This document shows, in pieces, positions 12,869-25,345 of a stretch of 64,000 bases of DNA. This stretch comes from Octopus vulgaris (taxonomy: Eukaryota): the NCBI GenBank assembly GCA_951406725.2, contig OX597823.1:78120001-78184000 (forward strand). The letters run 5' to 3'. Below the pieces are notes generated by a model. That model was given only the letters and a program-made list of their open reading frames with translations. It had not been told where the DNA came from and did no database searches. The position numbers and the translations under genes are program-made. How positions within the stretch are numbered: position 1 is the first letter of the stretch; the number at the start of each line of letters is the position of its first letter.

Positions 12869-13272
12869 AATCAAGGAACGGCCATAATAGGCCATTCACC
12901 CACTAGAAATAACAGCCAAAGCTTCAACCGCAAAAATAACATTAATTCCGTAAACCAGGAGAAAATTAAAAAAACATTTACCCTGTAATTTCTTATACGA
13001 TGCACCGTTTCATCTACTGTTTAATGGTAAACTAACCTGATTAAATTAAATCAAGCCAATCTTCCATAGGCCCTTAGATTCCTCAGTAAGAAATAGCCAG
13101 AACGGAACAGATATTTTCACGAGGCATTTCTGTCCCTGCCTCGGCAATATCTGACCTAAAATTTTCAAATCATCGCACTCGCGCCAAATTTATCGGCAGC
13201 AAATAAATATAAGCCGCCGATTCCATTACGGAATCAACCAGAAAATTCATAATTAATCAATATATTGATTAA
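12866..13272 (-). mobile_element. (TA)n-embedded hairpin-rich cassette carrying an intact hammerhead
   Basis: CpG-rich relative to background, bounded by (TA)n; contains the HHR at 12988-13094 and several further stem-loops. Confidence 0.65.
12988..13094 (-). ncRNA. Type I hammerhead ribozyme with extended stem II
   Basis: Minus strand: stem I atttctta/taagaaat (8 bp perfect), CTGAGGA, stem II atcta...tagat with a long inner helix, GAAA, near-palindromic stem III acggtgcatcgt, GTA cleavage triplet. Confidence 0.85.
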
Positions 13273-13298
13273 ATATATATATATATATATATATAAAT

Positions 13299-13382
13299 GG
13301 GACCAGCAAAAGTTGCTTCACCACATACCGAAATTTAGAAATAGCAGTCAAACTATGTGGTGAAGCAACTTTTGCTGATCCC
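13299..13382. repeat. Inverted repeat, 29-bp arms, 26-nt loop
   Basis: gggaccagcaaaagttgcttcaccacata / tatgtggtgaagcaacttttgctgatccc, one mismatch. Confidence 0.9.
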
Positions 13383-13553
13383 TTAATTATCTTTATAATT
13401 ATAAAAAACTTTTTGTACAAGTTTTTGCTGATAATGGTTTTTTTTTTCCATACTGAACTACTTGGTAAAATTATTAATTATTAAATTAATAATTCTTTAC
13501 CCTATATTTATAATAAATATATATAGATATAGATACAAATATAAATATATATT

Positions 13554-13868
13554 GGCACAGGTGTGGCCACACAGTAAGAAATTTGTTCCCCAACAACATG
13601 GTCTGGCTCAGCCCCACTGCATGACACCTTGTCTTCTACCGTGGTTTCAGGCTAACCAGGCCTTGTGAGTGGATTTTGTTGATAGAAACTGAAAGATGCC
13701 ATCATCTCCATCACTGCTTCACAACTAGTGGTGTATTTGATAAAAGGGGTCAATAGAATGCGTACCAGACTAAAAGCCAAAGTCCTGGGGTTGATTTGTT
13801 TGACTACAAATTCTCCAAAGCAGTATAGCTGCAGTCTAATAAATATAACAAGTAAAGGATGAAAGATA
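13554..13868 (+). mobile_element. Decayed SINE family A
   Basis: ggcacaggtgtggc head, gccttgtgagtggatttt, gtcctggggttgatttg, caagtaaaggatgaaaga tail. Confidence 0.7.
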
Positions 13869-14343
13869 TCTGTTGTATTCTTACCATTTTTATCAAAATA
13901 ACTTTTAGCTCAAATGCTTAAGATGTACATATTTCTTTAAGTATGTTTGAAAGTATATTTATTGAAGTATGTGCATATACATATGTATGAGTGTGTATGC
14001 ATATGTGTATATCTGTATATATATATATATATATTTATACACACAGACATATTTATACATGTGTGTATATATATGTATATGTAATAAATATTTAGAAAAA
14101 AAGATAGTAAAATATAAATTTGACAAATTTAATTATTGAATTGTGCTCAGTAGCTGTTTCATTGGCATTAAATATCATTACACATATATTATTATATAAT
14201 TATGATAGATAATTAATTTTAAAATGACATGTTTAAATACATGGCTCTCAAGAATCTTTTTAACCAATTCTGTATGTAGATGAATGTGTGTTCCACCGGA
14301 ATTTACTGCAACATTAGAGTTTAACTGCATGTTAAAGAGATTG

Positions 14344-14542
14344 AAAGTCATCCCATAAATAATGCGGTTTCTTTACACTTCTTTTATTTTTCAAAATTCA
14401 GATAAACAAATTTATTTTTAATCTAAAATATACTCTCCTTCATTTTCTACAATGCTCTTCCATCCATCTTGTAGACTTGCATGGTCCCTTTTCCAAAATT
14501 CACTTGTCCATGATGAAGAATACTCCTCCAGTACTGTTCTAG
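14344..14542 (-). mobile_element. Mariner transposon 3' end remnant
   Basis: Minus-strand peptide RTVLEEYSSSWTSEFWKRDHASLQDGWKSIVENEGEYILD* matches the mariner C-terminus (FY..GI..LP.RW..VV...G.Y); TIR-like aaagtcatcccataaataatgcgg follows. Confidence 0.75.
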
Positions 14543-14838
14543 TTTGTTCCTTCTTGAGCCATGCCAGGCTCATTAGGGCTGGTTTCCTGGTTTCCTTGGC
14601 GTATAGATTCCCCACCTGGACGACGCCGGTCCATCGCAGGTGAGCTGCAAGATGCAGGAGGAAAGAGTGAGAGAAAGTTGTGGCGAAAGAGTCAGCAGAA
14701 GTTCGCCATTACCTTCTGCTGGAGCCGCATGGAGCTTAGGTGTTTCACTCAAAAACACACATTGCCCGGTCTGAGATTCAAACCCATGATCCCTCAACTG
14801 CGAGTCCGCTGCTCTAACCACTAGGCCATGTGCCTCCA
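14543..14838 (-). mobile_element. SINE family B, tail type 1
   Basis: Reverse complement of the 6290 copy; 14-bp TSD cagtactgttctag at 14529-14542 and 14839-14852. Confidence 0.92.
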
Positions 14839-15615
14839 CAGTACTGTTCTAGGGAGAAGAAGAAGAGGGAAAAAGAAACCACAGGTCTTAATGATATACA
14901 AACCTTATAACTATTTGACTGTTATAAATATGTATGAATTATACCTTCACTAATGCATTTTGAACTATCATTTATTGCTATTATTTCATAGCAACTGGTC
15001 TTGGGTATCTTAGTTTTTTTTTTTTTTTTGAAACCTTTAGACATAGTTAAAATATTTCTTTGTGGTAATTTTTAATACTGAGGTTTGCTCCCGTAAATTT
15101 GTAAAATTATTTTTACATGTCTTCTATTTACATTACTTTTTATTGTAACAGTTATAAACACTTATCACCTTTAATACAAATAATCATTAAATTCTTCTAT
15201 AACCACATTAATATATCAAACATATCTTTCAAAATATTTAGGAAAAACAAATTTTAGCTTATTCTAGGTGTAAACCGTGTTAAATTGATTAATGTAAATT
15301 TCAAATTAACTTTACTGTTTTAAAAGTGCTATATTTACTGAATATACGCAAGAAAAAACTTTGGCAACAATCACTGCTCTTTGATTTGTCACCCACCACC
15401 TCTCCATTTGTTGCTACTCTTTATTTGATTTGCATTCTCTCTCTCATACAATCTCTTTTACTAAAGCTTTCTCCTGGTCTATAAATTTATCTATGTCCTT
15501 CCTTCTTCTGCCTCTAAGCTGAATCTGTTTAATATATCCATACATCCACACCCACACTTTTGGTTGTTTCCTCTTTTCCTTAAATTCTATTCCATTATTT
15601 ATGGACTCTTTACTA

Positions 15616-15649
<34 letters not shown>

Positions 15650-15932
15650 TTATGTATATATATATATATATATATACGTGTATATATACGTATATATATA
15701 TGTATATATATATATGTGTATATATGTATATATATATATGTGTATATATATATGTATATATATATGTGTATATATACGTATATATATATATGTATATATA
15801 TATGTGTGTATATATATATGTATATATATATGTGTGTATATATATATATATATATAAATATATATGTATATATGTGTATATATACATATGTGTATATATG
15901 TGTATATATATGAGTGTATATGTGTGTATATA

Positions 15933-15982
<50 letters not shown>

Positions 15983-15983
15983 T
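15616..15983. repeat. Compound (TA)n/(TG)n microsatellite
   Basis: Visible; source of the spurious YIYI ORFs. Confidence 0.95.
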
Positions 15984-16341
15984 CAGTACTTTGTAGAGAA
16001 GACATATTTACTGAAGTTTACTGAAATTTATGCTTTTTTTGTTTTCTTAATTTCAACTGAATTAATTTCACTTTTAATAATTTTCAATTAGTTTGCTGAA
16101 TTTACCGAACAAATTTTCTTTCCATTAATATTTAATTTAAAATAGTGACAAACTATTTATGTTGAAATAGTAAAATTTTCTTCTTGATTAATTTCATGGA
16201 TTTATTAGATCTAAACTAGTTTGTTTTTCCTGCAAGAAGGCAATTTGTTTGTCAATGACAATGTGGACATTTGTCATAATATTTGATATCACTTACAAGA
16301 CTGCTAAATTTCACCAAATCAAAAATGTCATGAAAAAATAT

Positions 16342-17110
16342 AAAAGAAGAACACTGAGAGAGCACAAACCTCCGCCAAGGCACACCAACGTTCTCTCAAC
16401 GATTAGCCGGAGATGATTTTTAAAATGAGAATATCTGAAATAAATTTGACTGCTCTCACAAAGGAGAATACTAAAAATGAACCAGACCGCTCTAAACAAT
16501 TTAGTAAAAATAGGCATGGGAGTGGCTGTGTGGTAAGTAGCTTGCTTACGAAACACATGGTTCTGGGTTCAGTCCCACTGCATGGCACCTTGGGCAAGTG
16601 TCTTCTAGTATAGCCTTGGGCCGACCAAAGCCTTGTGAGTGGATTTGGTAGACAGAAACTGAAAGAAGTCCATCATATATATGTGTGTGTGTGTGTGTGC
16701 CTGTGTTTGTCTCCCCAACGTCGTTTGACAACTGATGCTGGTGTGTTTACGTCCCCAAAACTTAGCGGTTTGGCAAAAGAGACTGATAGAATAAGTACTA
16801 GGTTTACAAAGAATAAGTCCTGGGGTCGATTTGCTCGACTAAAGGCGGTGCTCCAGCATGGCCACAATCAAATGACTGAAACAAGTAAAAGAGTAAAAGA
16901 GTAAAGAAACAGGAAAAATAATCCAGAATCCTTTTCCTGTACCTGATTGATCCCAAAAATTTAATCAGTTCATGCCAGTCATGAGGCCAGACATCCCTAA
17001 CAGTTTCATCCAAATCCATCTAGTTCTTGAGATATCTTGTCCGTGAACAAACAAACAAAGAAACACGACTGAAAACATTACCTCCACCTTTGTTAAGGTG
17101 GAGGTAATAA
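16342..17110 (-). mobile_element. Helentron-associated non-autonomous element (HINE/DINE-1-like), interrupted by a SINE
   Basis: Minus-strand 5' end TTATTACCTCCACCTT with a 14-bp palindrome (17077-17108); 3' subterminal repeat ccttggcggaggt followed by hairpin-like gtgctctctcagtgt and T-run. Confidence 0.7.
16512..16905 (+). mobile_element. SINE family A, full length
   Basis: Head ggcatgggagtggctgtgtggtaag, B box GGTTCAGTCCC, (GAGTAAAA)n tail. Confidence 0.92.
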
Positions 17111-17711
17111 ACTGGCACTAACAGTAATATGAAATATTGAGAGGATGGTCACTGCTAATGGCTTACAAAGGATCCCGTAATCTGGTTGGATAGTAAGAGT
17201 TATCTGCTTACAGAAATGTAGCATGATGACACAAAGAAACTTGACAGGTCTATTGCTGCACACCTCTAACATCTCTAGGGTATAGATTCTGGGAGTCAAC
17301 TGTGCCAAATTGCTGGCGTGCAAACAACCATGCTCAGTCATCTTATTCTGGGAATTTCATTGGTTGGTTGCTTACAGGTAAAAGTCAGTGGAAAGAAGAA
17401 TGGAAAAGTGGTTGTGAAAAAGTGCAGTTTGAAAGTGAAAAAAATTCAGCAAAGAATTTAGTGTAATCTATCATTTGAGACGAGGTGGAGCTGGATGTAG
17501 AAAAGAGGTGGTAAAAACAAAAGATAGAGGAGAAAGTGGAATCGAGAAGGTAATAGAGAAGCATTGAGAAGAAGTTACTATAGAAATTACAGAACAAAGA
17601 GAGTTAGATCAAGAATAAAGGAAGCTTTGCTCAATGCTGGTTTTATGTGTCCGGCAGATATTTTCTTTAATCTTTTTGATACAGTTTGTCTATCAAACTG
17701 TTGTTGCTGTT

Positions 17712-18105
17712 TGTTTGTTTGTTGAGCGAAGCAGTCTTTGTCCTAGAGCTCGTAAGATCATGCCTCTGTAGTGGGAGAAGTCCGAAACATGGTTCTTTGC
17801 TATTCGTAAGACCCACAAGAGAGAAAGCAGGTCAACCCCCGACACTGAGAGCATCGACTGATGGATGAATGCGCATCCAGGCTCAGCGGTTGCGTAGAAA
17901 GTCAGGGACAAGAAACAGGAAGAAAGAGTGAGAGAAAGTTGGATTGAAAGAGTAAAACAGGGGTTGCCACCACCCCCTGCTTGAGCCTCGTGGAGTGTTA
18001 GGTGTTTTCGCTCAATAAACACACACAACGCCCGGTCTGGGAATTGAACCGCGATCCTCCGACCGTGAGTCTGCTGCTCTAACCACTGGGCCATTGCGCC
18101 TCCAC
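17712..18105 (-). mobile_element. SINE family B, tail type 2 ((ACAA)n)
   Basis: Same head as 11184, same tail as 50426; TSD ttgttgctgtt at 17701-17711 and 18106-18116. Confidence 0.9.
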
Positions 18106-18109
18106 TTGT

Positions 18110-18670
18110 TGCTGTTGTTTTTTAACCTCAGGTTATTCCTGGTTGAGCAGATTTATGCTTAAAGTTGTTCCAGCTGTGGTTTTACTGACCTTATTTCAGA
18201 TATTGTGTGTCTTGGATTATTTTATGAAATGTTTCCTTCCATTTACAAGATAGGTGTAATTTGTGGCAAATTTAGTTCCTATTATTTTTAGCATGTCAAA
18301 CATCCATGTAGAGGCGGTGTTATGGTTCGGAATATGTAATTGTATGATGGAAACAACAGCAAGAAATTGTCCTCCAATGCAATGAATATTTAGCTATTTC
18401 AGAAAACATGATGACCAAACTCTTGAAGTATTTTTAGTGATTTCTAAAGACACCTGCAATATTCAAAGCTTCTGTTATTTTCATGATAGTTGCTGTTTAG
18501 CCCAAGGACTTACCTGGTCAAACATAGCTATGATCAAACCTATTCCAGCAGCAACTACAGGACTACATTGTCCAATGTGTTGTTCATTTTGTTAAGATAG
18601 TAGTCTGTGATTTGAAGGTGATTTGACTGTTATTTCATTTAAGTAGGTCTAGCAATCATTTAGAAGATTT
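18110..18670 (-). mobile_element. Two decayed copies of an old interspersed repeat (family F, (CAA)n tail)
   Basis: tgtttagcc.cagg...tatgatcaaa...ttccagc...actacatt.tccaatgtg...gattt.gct..tatttctagc recurs at ~3435, 30480, 45440, 46450 and 60150. Confidence 0.55.
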
Positions 18671-20271
18671 CTCATCAAACCATGGAATTTTTTAATGCAT
18701 GTGTGTGTGTGTGCATGCTTAAACTGCTAGTTTTTATAATGGTTCAGTTGGTTTAATTTCCCCGATGTACTTATGATGGTATTGTTCTAGCATGGCCACA
18801 CACCAATGACCGGGACAAACTGATTATTCCATTTTTACCTCCATTATTTGCTACACACTGATTTTTTTATAAAATTTTCTGTTTGTGTCATCAACTGCAG
18901 TTTGTGAAACTTTTCCTCGGTATTTTTTAAATTTATTTATTTACTTTTTCCTTTATGAAAAGAATCTCATCTAACACAAGATCATTCAGTTTATTTTAGC
19001 CTCACTGCTTCCCTCAGGCTTCAATACAATATGTTTACTCTCCAAGATGTTCTATTTAATCTTTTGAACAAGCTTCTCATTCATTCATAGTTTCCTGTTT
19101 AGTTCTTCTGGAATTTTGAGTTATTGGCTTTGAATTGGATTAAGCAGCTGCTGCTAGAATATCTTCTGCAGAACTAGTGTAAACCCTATTGAATAATATT
19201 TGGTTTGCTTGTGTACATTTTTTCTCAAAGAATAAAAGACTGCAAAAAAAAAATAATAATAAAATAAACCACACATACAAAAAAAAACGTGCATTTTTTT
19301 TTTCAGTTGGTATTTGATATAGAGCTTACCATGTCATTGTTGTTAGTATAGCTTTTGTTTGAGTAATATGTTTTACAGCTGAAGGCCCTTCTAATTGTTA
19401 ACCATTCAGCCGTGAAGTTGGATCGGTATCTTTTGCCAGCCAGTCTGTCCTTCTCAGGCAATCAGAGTTACATGCCTTGTCCAGATGTAATACAGTTTGA
19501 ACACGCAACCACATATTATTCTCTTTTTGTTTTGATTTTGGTTTCTTTTTTCCTCCCCATATAATATTGTAACTTAACCCTTACATTCTTTTACCAAGCA
19601 TTTATACCTGCTGTTTTGTCTGTAACAGAAACACGGCTGACAAATCTATCAATATTTCAATTCTACAACTGTTGTGGGAGTCGGGGAGGATATCATATAT
19701 TTTGAAGAGAATTATATTTTACTAAAATTGACAATAAAGAAGTATTAGCTAACCAATAGAAATATTATACAAATCCTTTTGAACATTTGTCATTGATGTG
19801 TATGCCTGTTTTCAATAATACCAAAGAAATGTTTTTATTCAATTTCGAGTTGATACTATTTAACTGAAAACAATAAAATATCACCACCTTAAACTGTATA
19901 AATAATAGAAAATATTATATCATAAGGAATTTATTTTTAACAGTTTTGAAAGCACTATTACATACGCAGTAAATTCTGAAATGGATAAAATAATAAAGAA
20001 TTTTATTAAATAAAATCGTGAATGTTTGTATGAACTAAAACAGAAAAATTGTGTTTAAATTGATATTGGCAATATTTCTCTATTTCCTGTTTTGATTTTT
20101 GTTTTGTTTTATTTTTTTGCTTTTGTTTTTGTTAATCTATTTGCTAGGAGAGAAAGTAGTTCCCTTGAATTATTACAGAGCCTCTATGACTAGTGGGAGG
20201 TTGAGAGGGAGGTATTCTTAAAGCAAAAACCTGGCCCATGGGCTTGCAGCAGAGTGGGCTTTGCTTCAGGT

Positions 20272-20436
20272 AGGGTTGTTTTAGCAGCATTATAGGCCCC
20301 TGGACAAATCAGTACACCAGGCTCTATAGTATTTAGTGAAAGCAAGCTATGGCAAACATCAATTAGAATTGGGTTCCTAGATCTGTGTGGCCCCCAGACA
20401 ACTACCCTGTGTGGTCATGCCTTATGATACCACCAG
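20272..20436. mobile_element. Possible decayed GC-rich MITE
   Basis: agggttgttttag...ggcccc...ggcccccagacaactaccctg...catgccttatgataccacc; only weak terminal complementarity remains. Confidence 0.3.
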
Positions 20437-21050
20437 TTATAGACACCAATGATGTCAATGAATAGTGTTTAAAAGTTGTTGGGCTAACTCTAACACCCAA
20501 GCCAGCCATGGTGAGATTTGAATTCAGAATGCATTGAGCCAGAACAAATATTACAAGATATTCTTACAGTACTGCCAGTCCAAGGCTGGGGGGTTAGTAT
20601 TTTTTAGTATTTTTGCATATTTTTTTATCATCCCTTAAAAGATAAAGTTAAAGTTAACCTTGGCATAATTTGAACTCAAAGAGCATAGTGTCTGAATAAA
20701 TAGCATTATGCATTCTGTCTCATACTCTTACAGCTGTGTCAATTCTTCACAGTTTATATTTGATTTAATAAAATCACCACTGTTTTATTTAGAAATATTC
20801 TCGCAGATTGAAAATATGATCATCAAAAATCATTTGGTTCATTGTTTCAAAAACTATGCAAACTGAAGGTGCTGTACAATGAAATTGAATATGCATCTCA
20901 TAGTAGTAAAGCAAACTAGTTAATCACTTTCTTATGCCTTGCTGCCTCAGTCTCTCTCACATGCTTTCTTAATGTACATACATGCAGACAAACATATATA
21001 TTGAGATATATATATTTATATATATATAAATATATATATATATATGCATA

Positions 21051-21460
21051 TAGGTGTAGGAGGGGTTGTGTAGTAAGTAGCTTGCTTACCAACCACATAG
21101 TGCCGGGTTTAGTCCCACTGCGTGGTACCTTGGACAAGTGTCTTCTACTATAGCCTCGGGACATCCAAAGCCTTGTGAGTGGATTTGTTAGACAGAAACT
21201 GAAAGAAGCCCTTCATATATATATGTGTGTGTGTGTATATGTTTGTGTGTCTGTGTTAGTCCCCCCAACATCACTTGACAACTGATGCTGGTGTGTTTAC
21301 GTCCCTGTAACTTAGCGGTTCGGCAAAAGCGACCAATAGAATAAGTACTAGGCTTACAAAGAATAACTCCTGGGTTCGATTTGCTTGACTAAAGGCGGTG
21401 CTCCAGCATGACAACAGTCAAATGACTGAAACAAGTAAAAGAGTAAAAGAGAGTAAAGAG
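21051..21460 (+). mobile_element. SINE family A, full length
   Basis: Near-identical to the 16512 copy. Confidence 0.92.
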
Positions 21461-21580
21461 TATATGCACACATATCTTGAACATAGGATCATTAAAAGAA
21501 AAACATGCCCAAACCAAATTGATTTCAGTACTTAATGGTATTCTGTAGAGTAATCAGTAATGTGGTTGCCTGGCAAGTGA

Positions 21581-22100
<520 letters not shown>

Positions 22101-22254
22101 GTTAACTCATTGGAAATCAGATATATGAAGGTTCTATCTACTAACCAAATATATCTTCTGAGTGATATATGCCAAACAGATTTTTTTCTTCTTTTTTTGC
22201 ATAAATTAGCATTTTGTAAATTGAAAAAAAAAATGTTTGTAGTAGGCCAAGGCT

Positions 22255-22650
22255 TGGCAGCATGGTTAAGAAGCTAGCTTTGCAACTGTTTAGCTTTGAA
22301 TTCAATCCCACTGCTTGGAACCTCGGGAAAAAGTATTTTATCTTAGCCCCAGGCAACCAATTCCTTGCAAGTGAATTTGCTTGATTCAAACTATATGGGA
22401 AATTCATTATATCTGTATATAAGCGTGTCTTTGTGTCTGCGTCCATCTCTCACATCCCTTCCAGCTAAACAACTGATGTTTGTTTATGCCGCTACTCTAA
22501 CATAGTAGTTTGATAAAAGGGACCAATAGAACAAGTACCAAAATTTGAAAAAATTCATTACTGGGGTCAAGTTGTTTGACTAAGCCTTTCAAGGTGGAAC
22601 CCTAGTATGCCCACAACCCAATGACTGAAACTAGTAAAAGATAAAAGATA
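22255..22650 (+). mobile_element. Decayed SINE family A
   Basis: Degenerate head; ctggggtcaagttgtttgactaa and aatgactgaaactagtaaaagataaaaga tail. Confidence 0.65.
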
Positions 22651-23002
22651 AATGAAAATATTACTAAATAGAAAAATATTCACATACAAAGAAATATTTA
22701 TGTATCTTTACCTTTTATAACCTTCAGTATCATAACATCTCTACTCATCTGTCTTTCATCATGTATATTATCTTCACTAGCTTTGGTTCCACACTAACTA
22801 ATCTATTCTCCCTAGAATGTCATCCATGTATATCCTACAACTGTTCAAGTAGAATATCAATCCCATTAATCTCATGGTTCACAGACGGTCGGTCAAAATT
22901 ACGAAAACATCCCAGAACAAATATGTTTTAAAATGTTATTATATTGACACAAATTTCAGAAATGTGAGCTCTTTGAAGATTTTACTGTTTATTCATAAAA
23001 AA

Positions 23003-23912
23003 GTGGTTTGGTCAGATTATCTTTAAATAAAAGTATCTGTAGCATATTGCACTGTAGTAGTCAGTAAGTCAAGTCATCATTAAAACAACTGTTCTGTAAC
23101 ATATAACACTATCTAATCATCTTTAAGGAATCTATTCTGACATAAAGCATGATCTTGAATAGGTAGGTCAACTCATCTTTGAGCCAACTGTTCTAACATT
23201 ATATGTAGTAGGTAGGTCAACTCATCTTTGAACCAACTGTTCTGATATAGTATTGTCTTTGGTAGGTAGGTTAAGTCATATTTGAGCCAACTATTCTGAT
23301 GTATAGTTTTATGTTTAGCAGATAGGTCAAACCATCTTTGAGCCAACTGTTCTGACATATTTAGTAGATAGGTAAGTCAACTCATTTTTGAGCCAAATGT
23401 TCTGAAATATAGAATTATCTTTAATAGGTAAGTCAAGTTATATTTCAGCCAGCTATTCAGATGCATAGTATTTCTAGTAGCTAGGTCAAACCACCTTTGA
23501 CCCAATTTTTCTAACATATAGTTAGCAGGTTGGTTGAGTCATATTTGAGTCAACTATTCTGACATAACATTATCATTAGTAGATAGGTCAAACCATCTTT
23601 GAGCCAATTCCTCTAACATGTAGTTATAGGTTGGTCAAGTCATATTTGACCCAACTATGCTGGCATATATATTATCATTAGTAGGTCGGTCAAACCATAT
23701 TTGAATAAACTATTTTGTAACATATAGTACTGCATGTAGTATGTACTTCAAATCTTCTTTGAAGAAACTATTCCATAACATATTATACTGTATATAGGTC
23801 TATTAATCTTTGAATAGAGTAATCTGTAGCATAAAGCAGTGTATGTAGTAGGTAAATCCAAGTCAGCTTTAAACCCACTGTTCCATATCATAAAGCATTG
23901 AATATAGTAGGC
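23003..23912. repeat. Degenerate minisatellite, ~47-58 bp units, about 16 copies
   Basis: Core ggtaggtcaaNNcatNtttgagccaactNttctNacat plus a variable AT-rich linker. Confidence 0.9.
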
Positions 23913-24004
23913 AATCAATTGCTTAGTGCCAGTGCATTACAATTGCAATCAATATAAATTGAGCACCAGTTCAGACAGTGTTAACTACATGGTAATTGCA
24001 TTTC

Positions 24005-24228
24005 GAAGGCGGCGAACTAGCAGAACCGTTAGCACGCCGGGCGAAATGCTTAGCAGTATTTCGTCTGCCGCTACGTTCTGAGTTCAAATTCCGCCGAGGT
24101 CGACTTTGCCTTTCATCTTTTCGGGGTTGATAAATTAAGTACCAGTTACGCACTGGGGTCGATCTAATCGACTTAATTCGTTTGTTTGTCCCCTCTGTGT
24201 TTAGCTCCTTGTGGGTAGTAAAGAAATA
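24005..24228 (+). mobile_element. SINE family C
   Basis: aaggcggcgaactagcagaa head, B box GAGTTCAAATTCC, central gcctttcatctttcggggttgataaattaagtaccag; 14-bp TSD ggtaattgcatttc at 23991-24004 and 24229-24242. Confidence 0.92.
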
Positions 24229-24539
24229 GGTAATTGCATTTCTGAAATCAAAACACACTACAGTTGATTTAGCCTTAAATACTTATACCATATGGGATAT
24301 ATATTACTGAATATTAGACCTTACTGAACATATTTCTGGGAAACCGCATTGTAATCAAGTAAAACACAGCCAGACAGTTAGAGCTGAACAAATCTACCCA
24401 GCAAAGTCTACTTTCTGTTTTCATTTGTTTCCAAACATAATCAGCATGTATTTTATGAATCCCCCAGGGCAGAAATTCCCAGTTAATTGACCTCTCCATG
24501 GTTTGGAATGAAACCTCAAATTTTTCTATTTTTCTCTTG

Positions 24540-25345
24540 TCTTTTGCTTGGTTCAGTCATTAGACTGTGTCCATGCTGGAGCACCATCTTGAAGTGTTTA
24601 TTGAAGCAGATCACCCCATCCAGAATATATTTTCTTTAAGTCTGGATCTTACTGTATCACTTTGCTTAGCTGAACTACTAAGTTATGGGATAATATACTA
24701 ACCAACATTGGTTGTCAAGTATTGAAGGACAAACACATACACATATATGCATACATGCATGCACACATACACCACACACATGAGGCTTCCACAGTTTCCA
24801 TCTCCTGAATTCACTCGCATACCATTAGTTGACATGAGAGCTATACTTTTCTTCTCTGGGAATAAGGCCCATAATTTTGGAAGAGGGGCCAGTCGATTAG
24901 ATCAACCCCAGTATGCAACTGGTACTTAATTTATCGACCCTGAAAGGATGAGAGGCAAAGTTGACCTCAGCAGAATTTGAACTCAGAACATAGTCAGACA
25001 TAATACCTATTTCTTTACTACTCACAAGGGGCTAAACACAGAGAGGACAAACAAGGACAGACAAATGGATTAAGTCGATTATATCGACCCCAATGTGTAA
25101 CTGGTATTTATTTAATCGAGCCCGAAAGGATGAAATGCAAAGTCGACCCCGGCGGAATTTGAACCGAGAACGTAGCAGCAGACAAAATACCGCTAAGCAT
25201 TTCGCCCGGCATGCTAACGTTTCTGCCAGCTCGCTGCATTATAATATGACATGAGAGCTACAGTAGAAGACTTTTACTCAAGGTGTTGCACAGTGGGTAG
25301 GAATCTGAAACCACGTGATGCAAAATGAGCTCCTTAACCACAAAA
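24540..25345 (-). mobile_element. Decayed SINE family A split by a family C insertion
   Basis: Family A segments at 24540-24843 and 25247-25345. Confidence 0.7.
24844..25246 (-). mobile_element. Dimer-like SINE family C insertion
   Basis: Two tandem central domains; 14-bp TSD tgacatgagagcta at 24830-24843 and 25247-25260. Confidence 0.88.

Noticed and set aside
15444-16091. Long YIYI/VCVC/THTH ORFs (also at 21.5-22 kb, 25.7-27.1 kb, 34.9-35.7 kb, 43.5-43.9 kb, 53 kb)
   Set aside because: Translations of TA/TG microsatellites, open on both strands and in several frames
19330-19500. GC-richer unique stretch as a coding exon
   Set aside because: Stops in plus-strand frames after the putative acceptor, and no recognisable peptide on the minus strand
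23003-23912. CRISPR array
   Set aside because: Repeats are degenerate, linkers are short and related to each other, there are no cas genes and the context is eukaryotic
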